Assembly: GCF_902459465.1 (NCBI RefSeq)
Contig: NC_047068.1
Location: 12,648,001-12,712,000 of the forward strand
DNA: 64,000 nt
From: Asterias rubens
Lineage: Eukaryota
Direction: 5' to 3'
Program-made: the position numbers and the translations under genes
Part shown: positions 38,515 to 51,130 of the stretch, piece by piece
Layout: each line of letters starts with the position of its first letter
How positions within the stretch are numbered: the stretch's first letter is position 1
The notes under the pieces: generated by a model
Seen by the model: only the letters and a program-made list of their open reading frames with translations
Told to the model about the DNA's origin: nothing
The model's database searches: none

Positions 38515-40608
38515 TACATCACCCATGATCGCAAACAAGCCTATGCTTATACCGGACATGGTAACCCTACTCAATATAAAACCTGCCTTTTTAAACTTTA
38601 CAACAATCTGAAAATAAAACATAATTGGTGCATGTACAAATACTATGGCACAGGTTTGGGTTATTTTGGTCTTAATACACCCAAACCAAACAGTGCACTT
38701 ATAGTGTCCATCATATCTCAAAAAGGCTCATTGCTTTTATTCCTCCATATACAAGAACAAAATATTGCCACTTTTCGATTTTTTTCTTTTCTTTAAATGT
38801 GTGCAAACATTTTGTGTGAAACGGCTATAATGATTATAATGACGTAGATTGCACCGGGGGCACGCATCTTAAATTATTTACAAATATTGTTCTGAACCCT
38901 AAAGTTGACCCGACCCAACGCTCAACGATCGGTGGTTTGTTGTGTACGGAGCAATACAAGCTACCTTATGAACTCATGATGGTGTGACCCGAGAAATATC
39001 ATTGATTTCTTGTCATGGGTTTAAGGCAAAGTTCACCTTTGGCCGTTGGGGAACCATACTACAATCCTATATAAATTCAGATGCATACAATAAAACTGAA
39101 ATGTGTATCTTATTTTTATACATTACGTCGAAGTGAATTGTTTATCAAAATTATTTATAATCGAAAGCTGCTGTAGATCTAACCAAACGTTTTGATTGCA
39201 ATTAATGTTAAGAGTGATACTAAACAAATGTGACCTCCCCTTTAACGAGGGCACATACCATGGAAACATTGGTTCAAAGAGTTGGTGACCTGTGCCCCAT
39301 GGTGTCGCAAAGGTAAATACAATATCAACAGCACTGTGTCCAAAGTTCGCCCAAGATATAATAGAGTTCAATATCTAGGTGCAGATAAAATATACAGGCG
39401 ATTATTTGGCTGTTCGGTTTAATTGACTCGTCATTGCCTTTTCACCATTTCACTAACAACATAGATTAACACTGACAACAAAACATTAAGTCAATCGCAC
39501 ACTTTTTGGGATAACATGTCCCACTGAATAATTTTCACTTTGGAAATTAGCCCCACCCCCCCCCCAAAAAAAAATCCTTAATACGTCTCTCCCCTGGCGC
39601 CCCTTTTTATTTTCAGTATTATAGTGATTCAGGCCTGGAATATTATGTAAGTCACGAATGCTAAAGCTGATGACCTCTGTTGCTCCTAGTCTTTGCCCTG
39701 GTGCCCCCTTTAAAAGTTCCCAATGTAAGAATAAATTCACAAATGGAAGTGGCCTTGCCCTCTCGAAGATGAAATCCAAGACCTGTAATCGACGCTCTAC
39801 ATACATTGCAACCTAGAATGCTTAGACCTGTACTCATGCAGTATCGAAGTGAATGGAAAATCCGGGAACGTCTTAATTATCATAATTTATACGAAAATGA
39901 AGGGTTTGCGGTCATGAAACATTTCTACCTCCGTGAAATAACACAGTGGATTTTTAAAACTCATCATCAGTACACGGGTTACCATTACCAATGTGCACTC
40001 ACCATTAATGACGAATAAGCCAATTACGGTCCATGCTTTCTTGACTAAGGGTCCACAGTTTAGCAAGAAGTCTCTACAGTCTTTGATCTCCGTGGTTCTT
40101 TCATTCAATGGGAAAACTCCTACTGACTTACATGCCACTCGCTAATACTAGATACCACAATTGAGAAACATCAGAAACATCAGAAAAACACCCGCTATCA
40201 AAATAAATCCATGACTCACCGTACCACCGCAATGTCAGCTCAAAGACGGATAATTTTGTCCCGTTGTTGTGCGAATCGCGTTGAGATTTCGTCTGATAGC
40301 GCCCTCTTATGAGTTAGAGCCCGCCGTATGGGGGGCACCGGCAGCGCGGGGAAAACCGGTTTCGCAGTAGCCTGAAAATCTGCCGAAAGTGCAACTGTCA
40401 AACGTCACCTCGGACCAATCAAAACGCAGATATAGAAAGCTTACGTCACACTGCACGAACATGAAAGATCATATTTGTCATAAACCTCACATGACAACGA
40501 AATCACTGGTTCTGTAAAAGCAGTCTGTATCCTTCGGAAAAAGGACAGGGGACCAGTCTAAATCTCTGGGAACGGACAGATACACCGGCCCTCTGCTACA
40601 AACAATAG

Positions 40609-41112
40609 TATACAAATATTGACTGCTTCGAGTGCCATGGTTATAACTATGACTCCCGAGGTGATCCCTGGAGCGTTCTATTTTCCCGAGGCGAAGCCGA
40701 GGGAAAATAGAACGCTCCGGGGATCACCGAGGGAGTCATAGTGTTAACCATGGCACGAGTAAAAGCAGTAAATATTTGTTTTATAACACCCCAAACATTT
40801 CTAAATACTGTACTAATGATTATTAAGTCACAGACCTGAATGCTACAATCCACGGACGACGCGAATACAGATTGCAAAAACCTTAACTGTGCTGCATGTA
40901 GTCGTGCAATCCGAAATGGTTACAGACTATTAATTTATCATTCTCGTACACGCAACGGACGTCTGGGTAATGCACGCCGTGTGCTAGTCTTCGGACTAGC
41001 GCACGGCAAACCGACGCACTATCACAACCGTCGTCTAGCAAAACTAAGACATGTCATGTGACGCGCTCTAAACCAATGAGCTGGCAGAATACTTGTAAGG
41101 GGTGTTATAATA
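40609..41112. mobile_element. Inverted copy of the 19605-20079 element
   Basis: Reverse-complement match along its length. Confidence 0.8.
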
Positions 41113-41964
41113 TAATGTATAACTCACCATAGAACAAGGACCGTGCAGGTTGGGAGCAGAGTCGTAGTTTTTAAAAACAAATCTTGAATCTTATTATTTC
41201 CAATTGCTCAGTTTGATTACTTATGAAAATGCAGAGGTCAATTAATTAATTATAACTCCTCAAATGACGCCGTTTGGCAGGAGATTCAACTGGGATGGGC
41301 AAACGTATCAAGCACGCTCATTGGTCTATCAAGAAAAGGCTAATTCTCATCTTGCATCACACCCACGTACCACACCGTAGAAAAAGCGCTGAGCAAGAAT
41401 CTGCACACTGGTTAGCCAGTCCCAGCGGTCCTTGATAGACCTGACCGCTGGGGTGGAGCGAAGCCCCTCCCCACCCGCGAAGTGTCTACAAACTAATAAT
41501 ATTTAAAAGTGTATATTGCGCCCCTCACATACAAAATGATAAAAGGCGCAGAACACATGTTAAAAAGCACAGAGTGGAAGAAAAAGACAAAGACAAAACA
41601 CTGGTCACCAGGCCAGTGCCCTAACAATAGTATGGTGATTCGTCTGATAAAGCGCCCTCTTGTGAATCAACCGCCTTCAGCTAATAATTATAATCTGCAA
41701 AAAATGAGGGACAGCATCTCTCAAGAGAAACATAATTCCCCAATGACATCGGACGTACTTTATTGTCTATGAACTGTTCAAACTCAGGGGAAGGTCTGCT
41801 TATATCCTTGCCGGGAGGAAGGGAGGGGAGAGGCCCCGCCCACTCCATATAGCATAACTCTTGGCTTATATCTAATAAGATGACCATTGCCAATCCATGC
41901 ATGTTAAACTTACATGCAGGTATAAAGAATACTATTTATGTTTTTACATTTACACTGTTGTATC

Positions 41965-42337
41965 TTAAAGGCAGTGGACACTATTGGTAATTGTCAAAGA
42001 CTAGCCTTCACCCATGGTGTATCTCAACATATGCAAAAAATAACTAAGCTGTGAAAATTTGAGCTCAATCGGTCATCGAAGTTGCAAGATAATATAATGA
42101 AAGAAAAAAACATTGTGTGCGCTTAGATGGTTGATTTCGAGACCACAAGTTCTAAATCCGAGGTCTCGAAATCAAACTCGTGGAAAATTACTCCTTTCTT
42201 AAAAACTATGGCACTTCAGAGGGAGCCGTTTCTCACAATGTTGTATACCATCAACCTCTCCCCATTACTGGTCACCAAGAGAGGTTTTATGCTAATAATT
42301 ATTTTGAGTAATTACCAATAGTGTCCACTGCCTTTAA
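41965..42337 (+). mobile_element. Family A MITE
   Basis: Full termini with TTAA flanks. Confidence 0.85.
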
Positions 42338-43094
42338 AAAGGGATACATTCAGTACTTTCCTGAACCTCATAAAATAAAACAAAACCCACAGGCATGATA
42401 ACATGAACGAGAGTCGAACCCACAACATTTGACCATTCTAGAGAACACATCTTTACCATATCTTGCCCGATAGCTCCCATAGGCAATTCAAATCTTTTCA
42501 TTGTAGCAGTAGTGGGAACCACAGGGTTTTTTAATGTTCCGGGCAGCACGCTTTAGGGCAACACCACTGTTGTATTTTCCTAATCCTAACCCTAAACCCT
42601 AACGTAAAAATTACATTTTTTTTTAACATAGGGGTGTGTAGCCCAGTCAACCAACGATTTAGTATATTATAATACTTTTCTCCTATAATACACAGGGAAG
42701 ACAAATTTCATGTTTTTTTATCAAGACGATAAATATTTTTAATACTAATTTTTAGTCTATATTATTTCTGATTAGTGTTAAGGTTTTTAAACATGGTACA
42801 AAAACGCAATGAATACACTCCAACTATTTCCTCGAAGACAATACATTGAACTGTTTCCCTTCTATAAGTTTGTGTCAAGAATACCTTAGATCTCATGTAA
42901 TGCAGAAAAACACTTGTAGTAAACATTGTTAAATGACCAACAAGGAAGAAAACAAACAAAGTACAAAATGTCCATGCCATATTTCAGAGATATTAGTACA
43001 GTAATTAATACCATAAAATGCATATCAAAAGCACCAACATGTTTCACAATTAGTTCTGCTTTTCTAATATATATATATTTTTAAACAACCGCAA

Positions 43095-43131
43095 CCTCTG
43101 AAGAAGGTCCGGTTTGGATCGAAAGCTAAGG
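43095..43131 (+). ncRNA. Minimal hammerhead ribozyme motif (probably a Penelope pLTR relic)
   Basis: CCT-CTGAAGA-A-GGTCC-GGTTT-GGATC-GAAA-GCTA-AGG. Confidence 0.65.
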
Positions 43132-44019
43132 CCATCTACCCTATTTATTATACATATATTTTCCACATATATGTGTGCTTTGAGCACTCTACTGTAGATG
43201 TGTGCGCATGATATGGTTTGTTAAATATCATAATTATTTTATAATATGACAATTAATAATTCTTTAAAGAAAAGTTTTAAGAAATATTTCTTTACCAAAG
43301 GTCTAGTATAATAAAATAAAAATAAAAACTTTATTGCGCCAAATCCATCGAAAACAATGTTCCATGGCGCTAACAGAGTACAATTTAAAAACAAAATCCT
43401 ATAAAGAAACACAAAGTCATTAGCAAAGGTATAAAAAATAAGTTTAAAATCAGCAACAAATACAAGCGAAATATTACAAAAAATTAAAGAAATATGCAAT
43501 ATTTAAAAAAAATTCAATAGTATCTGAGAACAGAAGTATACTTTTACTTTTCAGTGTTTAACTTTAACAAAAAGGGATCACACTTCGATGAAATAATTTT
43601 GCAGAATACTTACTGCCATTATAAATCTTCATAATATCAGGAAAGACCTACTTTTTTTCGGAGCTATTACCAAAATACATGTATGATGCTACCTTTAAAA
43701 TTAAGAGTCTAAAATATAGACTTTTGAATTGGAATTGTTTCTTTGTGACTTTCTGATCCAATGGTTATTTCAAGCCATGAAACCAGTGGTCAACCTAATT
43801 CAACCTCATTCAACCCTCATTCATAGAGCCACAATCCCAAGCGACTGAAAGGGAAGACCACTCACGTGAGTCCAGTGTTTATTTTCACTTAAATATTTTC
43901 CTTCTTGTTTTTTTTTTCTCTCTGTTTACCAACCCCTGCTCTACACAATCATTTATGTATCTATGTTTTGCTCATTTTTCTATGTTTTGTTGTCCGCTTG
44001 TTTGTCTGTCTTTCCGTCC

Positions 44020-44406
44020 TTGAAAGACAGTGGACACTATCGGTAATTGTCAAAGACAAAGATTCAGACTTGGTGTATCTCAACATATGCATGGAATAAC
44101 AAACCTGTGAAAATTTGAGCTCGATTGGTCGTCAAAGTTGCGAGATAATAATGAAAGAAAAAACATCCCAGTCACACGAAGTTGTGTGCGTTTAGATGGT
44201 TGATTTCGAGACCTCAAATTCTAAATCTGAGTTCTCAAAATCAAATTCATGGAAAATTACTTCTTTCTCGAAAACTATGTCACTTCAGAGGGAGCCGTTT
44301 CTCACAATGTTTTATACCATCAACCTCTCCCCATTACTCGTCACAAAGTAAGGTTTTATGCTAATAATTATTTTGAGTAATTACCACTAGTGTCCAGTGC
44401 CTTTAA
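44020..44406 (+). mobile_element. Family A MITE (a further partial copy lies at 44668-44877)
   Basis: Family A termini and internal motifs. Confidence 0.8.
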
Positions 44407-45904
44407 GGCATCCCTCTCCAAGCTCTGCTATATCACTTCATCTTTAAGTTCTTGTTTAGAATATATATGCCTCTTTTGTTTGTTTACTGAATCCATTTGT
44501 CTATTTCCTGCATGCACTTCTGTAATTTCGTCTCATAGTGATATGGAAAAAAATGTGAAATGAATGAATGAATTTATTAATCAAAGCCAAGAGGGTCTTT
44601 TTCAACCTGTGTTTTTTTTTAACAGTATTTATGTGCATTATTCACAACTTGTATGCAAAGTGCTTTTGTTAAAAAGACACTGGACACTATTGGTAATTGT
44701 CAAAGAGCTGAATTGGTCGTCGAAGTTGCGAGATATGATTGATATAAAACACACCCTTGTCATACGAAGTTGTGTGCTTTCAGACGCTTGATTTCGAGAC
44801 CTCAAAATCTAAATCTAAGGTCTCGAAATCAAATTTGTGGTAAATTACTTCTTTCTCAAAAAGTACGCTACTTCACATTGTTTTGTTTTGTTTCGTCCAT
44901 TATTTCAGTTCAACATACCTTATGACCATAAAAATTACATATGTTGTGGAAAATGTAATACTAATTAACAACATATATATAAAAGTACAAATAAATTCAA
45001 CATAATTGCAGAGAAAAACAGAAATTTAAACTTGACCTCAGGTCAGGTTACTTGAAACAAATAAAGCAGAAGTTTGTTTTGGTTGCGCCGGGTGGAAAGC
45101 CCTTTCATTGGTCACTTAGGCGTCTTTTTACTCTTTAAACTGCATAACGCGTTGATCTAACGCCCTGGCGCCCACGTGCGTCCGCGTATAAACCAGCTTA
45201 GAGTAGTTTCACATTTGGGCGTAGATTTACAACAGGGGGTTTAAAAAAAATAAAGATCAAATAAACATCCTAGTCCCAGAGTTTTAATTTTGTCTATACA
45301 TAAACTCAAACCCTATTATTTGAATTTTTTGTTTTAAAAGGTAAGATTCGGCACAAAGAATAATTGAAAGCAAAGATTTGATTTCATAAAAAATATTTTT
45401 TTTGTTGGTGATGCTTTCTCGCTCCGGTGAGCACGAGACTTGCAGTCTATAGTGTCCAGTGTCTTTAACCCAGACGTGGCACACAGTGCAGTTACCTCGC
45501 CATTACCCAGTTTGCATTTATATTCCTGGGTGGAGTGGAGCAATGATGCTCAAGGATACAGATGTTGCCACTGACCATGTCAGGATTCAAGCCCACATAA
45601 TGTACATTACAGAGCTGGAGTTTGTATGATAGACTACTCATAACGACAACCCATCCCCCTCCCCCAAACAGTAGACAGTATCAAACAATTGCAGGTGACC
45701 CTCTTCATTCTGTTATTACCTGTTGCTTAACAGCATCCTCATAGGATGGGGGTGGGGCTTCTGGTATACTTTCCTGACTGTCCGGTTGCGGGGGATATGG
45801 TGCTCTGTGGAAATAAAGAGAGCCATTGAGCAAGGAATGCGATAAAACAAATAAAAAATACAACTACATGAATAAAACACATTATCAAACACAGTGTATG
45901 GAAA

Positions 45905-46101
45905 CTCTCAAGAGGCAATAGTATAGACCTTTGTTATGCTGCCTCCATCTTGGTCATGTTCTTCATATCAAATAACAATAAAGAATGCTAATAATAATTT
46001 TTCTAATAGGCACCAGACTATTTTGTTATTCCAGCCTTGGTTTGGTTAAATTGAGATCAATGGGAGACATTCAAAATGACTGCACCATGATAAAGGTCCA
46101 T
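45905..46101. repeat. Dispersed MITE-like repeat
   Basis: Second copy at about 63030-63240 (TTATGCTGCCTCCATCTTGGTCATGTTC...GATAAAGGTC). Confidence 0.7.
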
Positions 46102-46332
46102 ACAAATATTGACTGCTGCGTGTACTACGGTTAAAACTACGACTCACGAGGTGATCCCCAGAGTGTTCTATTTTCCCAAGGCACTGCAGGTCCAAGGAAA
46201 AATGAACACAACGATTTTTGAAGTGTATCATCAGCCATTTTTTAGTTATCCATCAATAATTTGAATTGCTCTTTTGGCAATAGAAGATTCAACACAGAAA
46301 AACTTTTGATAATGCAGAATATATCAAACTGA

Positions 46333-46703
46333 TTAAAGCCATTGGACACTTTCGGTAAACCGTATTGTCCAAGGCCCACACTTCGTGTATCACAACTTAT
46401 GTATAAAATAACAAACCTGTGAAAATTTAGGCTCAATCGGTAATCGAAGTCGGGAGAAAATAAAGGGAAAACCCACCCTTGTTTCCCCATGTTTCGCCGT
46501 GTCATGACATGTGTTTAAAATAAATCCGTAATTCTCGCTATCGAGAATTTATATTGTATTAATGTTTTCTCAAAAAGTACAGCATTTCATGGAACACGAT
46601 TTCAAGAGAAGTCTTTCATCATTACCTTCTGTAAACCCTGTAAATTAGTTGTTAATCTGTGAACTTATTTTTTTTTTCTATACCGAAAGTGTATAATGGT
46701 TAA
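46333..46703 (+). mobile_element. Intact family B MITE
   Basis: Uninterrupted version of the 13961-15942 element. Confidence 0.85.
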
Positions 46704-47194
46704 AAAAAGTTTTTAAAAAATTGTTTAAAGGGTCTGTGTAACTTTTGTAGGACAAAAAACACAATGTCCACAGATTTACACTAAACTTACACAGTTTGAA
46801 GATAATGATAGTAGAAAGCTTCCCTGAAAATACTACGTGCTGAGGTGCTGTAGTTTTAGGGAAATGAGTAAAACATTGTCATGAAAATAATTTTCATCTC
46901 ATGAGACGAAATTTTTTTTAATCATTTACAAACGTACTTTCATGACATTGTTTTACTCATTTCTCAAAAACTACAGCCCTCAGTAAGTAAGATTTGAAGG
47001 GAAGCTTTCCACTATCATTATCTTCAAACCCTGAAAGTTTAATGTAAATCTATGGACATTTTGAAAAAGTACCCAAATCCTTTAACAGTGAACCGTACAC
47101 AGAAAACTTGAGCTGGTTGAGTAAAATTGATGGGTTGATGGTTCAAGATAGTGCCTTCCTCTAAAAATCTGTCCTAATAGATAGGAAAGAAACC

Positions 47195-47908
47195 TTACTG
47201 AGTTGGGTAGGGAGCTCCAGCTTGCGGATACTGTGCTGGGGGAACTTGCGGATACTGTGCAGGAGGAACTTGCGGATACTGTACTGGAGGAACTTGCGGA
47301 TACTGTACTGGAGGAACTTGCGGATACTCTTGGGGTTGTGCTTGGTAAGCTTGTGGTTGTCCTTGATGAACAGGCGGCCCCTGGTAGCTATTTACTGCCC
47401 CGGGGCCATAAACGCCAGTTGCCCCCACCGCTGGCGGATGGACGATAGCCGGCTGTGTCCCTGACGGGTTATATCCAAGAGTTGTGGTCCCAGTTGTTGG
47501 TTGGGTCACAATTGCCATGTTCGTCTGTTGTTTCCGACCCCGTATGCAAAAGATGACACAGAAAATGGCCATGAGTAATCCCAAACTGAGCATGATGCTA
47601 CCTTTTAAAATATCCCTAGTGACCATCAAGACCCCCCCAACAAATATAAAACCGCCGCCGAACATTCCCATGCACATCGACAAAAAAATGGATAGCCGCC
47701 CAGCACGCGAGAACTGGATCCCAACACTGGGTAAACCACCACCTTGGGCTGCATTGTGGTGATGGGCTGCATTGTGGTGATGGGTTGCATGGTGGTGGTG
47801 GGCTGCAATGTGATGATGAGCTCCATGGTGGTGACGAGCTCTATGGTGGTGACGAGCTGCATGGTGGTGAGCTGCATGGTGGCGATGATGATGACCGTGG
47901 CGAGCCAT
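47195..47908 (-). CDS. Uncharacterised 237-aa protein: His-rich N-terminus, two predicted TM helices, Pro/Gln/Tyr-rich repeat tail
   Basis: ATG at 47908 follows an acceptor-like TTGCAG. 28 His in the first 51 aa; hydrophobic LSIFLSMCMGMFGGGFIFVGGVLMV and GSIMLSLGLLMAIFCVIFCI; four YPQVPP(V/A)Q repeats. The open frame runs through repeats whose unit lengths are multiples of 3. Confidence 0.8.
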   Translation of the reverse strand: MARHGHHHRHHAAHHHAARHHHRARHHHGAHHHIAAHHHHATHHHNAAHHHNAAQGGGLPSVGIQFSRAGRLSIFLSMCMGMFGGGFIFVGGVLMVTRDILKGSIMLSLGLLMAIFCVIFCIRGRKQQTNMAIVTQPTTGTTTLGYNPSGTQPAIVHPPAVGATGVYGPGAVNSYQGPPVHQGQPQAYQAQPQEYPQVPPVQYPQVPPVQYPQVPPAQYPQVPPAQYPQAGAPYPTQ

Positions 47909-48379
47909 CTGTCTGCAATTTCTTGGTCGGATGAATAAGGTTGGGTACATCAAACGTTTACCAACACTCAATAAGTAGAAGGCCTGAAGTAGCTTTGAAA
48001 AAAAAAAGAGAGGACAAATTGTTGGAATAGACCTTTTTTTGATGCACATGAAATCATAAGGGCGCCCTCACCTAGCTAGAGGCAAAAAAACGGCTGTTCA
48101 GTGGCCAAACCTGTGTGCCATGCGTACAAATCTGTGCGTTTTGATTGTTTCGTCATCGTTTTACCTCTAAGATGTACTTCTAGAAACTATTAAGGCTCAC
48201 GGGGGAGCCTTATAGTTTCTAGAAGTAGGGGAGCATTATGGTTTCTAGAAGTAATGTCAATGCATATATATAATAAGCTCATAATAATATTTATAATTGT
48301 GTGGTATGGTAGCGTCTTAACTTGAAGCATTTATCAAACCTCGCCTCGGGCTCCGGCTCCGTGCGCTGGTGTTTGAGTG

Positions 48380-48565
48380 TAGCCCACCTTGTTGAGCTGT
48401 TAATGGCTCTGCTTTTAATATCGGTCTCATCACTGTCGCCATTACATTGTAATGGCGACAATGGCGACATTGTAAAGGCGACAGTGATGAGACCGATGTA
48501 ATGGCGACAGCGATGTGACCGATGTTAAAAGCGGAGCCATTAACAGCTCAACAAGGTGGGCTAGT
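48380..48565. repeat. Palindromic MITE
   Basis: TAGCCCACCTTGTTGAGCTGTTAATGGCTC ... GAGCCATTAACAGCTCAACAAGGTGGGCTA. Confidence 0.8.
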
Positions 48566-49806
48566 GTTTGATTTTGAGTTGACTCCATTTCCACTGTGTA
48601 CGCACAAGCCCAAGTTGGAGGCTGAAGCCCAGACCGGAGTTTGAGACTAATAAAAAGGCCCCTGATTGCAGCAAAAGAACTTCATCAAGCTACCGCAACA
48701 GTCGACGACCTATATTTCGAAAAAAAATATAGGAGTACAGCGCCCTAGAAAGTAGAATCCTAGATGACCGATAATGTCAAAATTTCGAATAAAGGAATCT
48801 AGCGCCCCAGTCACTGGGTCTAGCCACTCAGTAAGGCTGTCCTGACTCTATGGCTTTTGTGAGAAGTATTCATTCATTCATTCATTCATTATTGGTTTAT
48901 TATTTAAAAACAAATTCCCATGGCGACCGGAGTTCGAATTACAGGAAAATATACAGAGATTATAAATAAGAAAAAATCATACTATTAGTATTACACATTA
49001 CAATGTATAAAACAAATTGTTCTAAAAGTTGCGGGAAAAAACACACCTGGATAACCATAACATTGCTGGCACAGTCAAAGGGCGCATAAAAAGCTGCATT
49101 CTTTTGCAATTCAGTTGTTAAAAAGGCGTGTGACGAGGTGAGGGTGAAGGCTCTTTCTAATTAGCGCTCTGTTCGGCATTGAAACCGACCAAACAAAAAT
49201 ACAAAAAAAATTAATCTTACCACACCACACCACCACAGTCTCTACTTCTCGTGAACAAAAAACGGAGGCAGTGAATCTCACAAATAGATGTGTGACTTAA
49301 ATTCGGTGACCTCAATGAATGGGTCTTGTCTAAGTAACTCGGTACTTCCATGAAATGTAAACACGGACGGTTCCGGGTGTGTAAAATAAACCGATCGCTC
49401 CTCGTTTTATCTTCAACAGCGCCCTCTGTTGCCAGGACCCCATATAAAGTAACTTTGTGTGTTCACTCGGCTCCGGACAGTCTAAAGCAAGGCGCTGACG
49501 AGCGAACTTTCTGTGGTGGTAATTTTTCGACCAGTAATGACGTCATCATCCCCCCCCCCCCCCAAAAAAAAAAAAAAAAAAACTTAACTTAACTCGGGTA
49601 GCCAAAGTCGTCTTACCAGATCCCGGAGCTGTGAGAAACTTTGTAAAATTGCCAACTAGAAAACAAGCCGTACAGAGCAGTGCGCCCTCACCGTACAAAT
49701 GAAGTTCTTTCGGCAAGAAAGCTAACTCAAATCTCACCCACCCTTGGAGCTAAAAAAAAAAATCATATAATGATTAGCCATATTATTTACTGTGCCAATT
49801 TTGTTT

Positions 49807-50180
49807 TTAGGGAAGTGGACACTATTGGTAACTGTCAAAGACTAGCCTTCACAGTTGGTGTATCTCAACATAAATGCATACAAAATTAATAACAAACCTG
49901 TGAAAATTTGAGCTCAGTCGGTCATCGAACTTGCGAGATAATAATGAAAGAAAAAACACCCTTGTCAGAACGAAGTTGTGTGCGTTTAGATGGTTGATTT
50001 CGAGACTTCAAGTTCTAAACTTGAGGTCTTGAAATCAAATTCGTGGAAAATTACTTCTTTCTCGAAAACTATGGCACTTCAGAGGGAGCCGTTTCTCACA
50101 ATGTTTTAAACCATCAACCAAGAAAGGTTTTATGTTAATAATTATTTTGAGTAATTACCAATAGTGTACACTGCCTTTAA
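49807..50180 (+). mobile_element. Family A MITE
   Basis: Family A termini and internal motifs. Confidence 0.8.
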
Positions 50181-51130
50181 ATCAGTCATGTGAAAGGCTG
50201 CTTTTGATTATTTTGATCATGCTCAGAACATTTTAATTTGAAGAGTCATTATTTGTCAGAATGGTATACATTTTCAGTGTCGGCAATCAATCGTTGGCAT
50301 TTTGTTTCGATTAATAGCATTTAGACAGTACACCAGCCGCGCGGTACAATGGAATGAGCTGAAATTTCTTAGGTTTGTACTGTTATATTATTTTCTATAA
50401 CCATAGATTACAAGTGCTCTCAGTCATTTGGCTATTATGGTAATCAAGTCTGCTGCTCTAAGTTGCATAATAGGCTACAAAGGTATTCACTCCTAGGCTC
50501 TAAGAAAATACTTAACATTTCACTACCTATAAAAAAATATTCAGTTTTCCCTCAGAATGTTCATGTAGTATACAAAAGAGCTCTATTATGTTATTAAAGT
50601 TCATAATTATTCCCGTATTCCCAGTTGTTGACTAAAGACACTGGACACTGTTGGTAATTGTCAACTCTCAACATTTTATGCAGAAACAAACATGTGAAAA
50701 TTTGAGCTGCATGTACACACAAAATGGCGGACAGGAGACGCGCGTGCATGTGCGCTGTGCGTTGTGGATACGTGGAACAGTCCATTTCAGGATATCAATG
50801 ACTTTGGTTCCAATGGGCGCTGCACTTTGGAGAAAACATTGAAATAAATAACAAGGACGTCATGACTAAAAGTGTCTAAACTTTATAATGATGTTTACAA
50901 AACAGTTACTTGTATAGCGCTATTCCAAAGAACATAGTCATAGCGCTTTACTAGAAATGACCTAACACAATATCAGACAACCCAAACTTGTCGATAGTAT
51001 AAAACGAGGTTGACAAAAAATGTTCTTATAAATCAAACCTCTTGAGTATTCTGCCGCAAATTGGTGAATTTAAAAACGAAATTATGATTTGGCAAGTTGC
51101 AATAAAGATTTCAGGCAACTGAAATATTCA

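Noticed and set aside
42579-42603. Interstitial telomere repeat
   Set aside because: Only about four degenerate CCCTAA-like units.
47195-47908. His-rich protein as an SpTransformer (Sp185/333) homologue
   Set aside because: No signal peptide, Gly-rich region or RGD; it has two TM helices.
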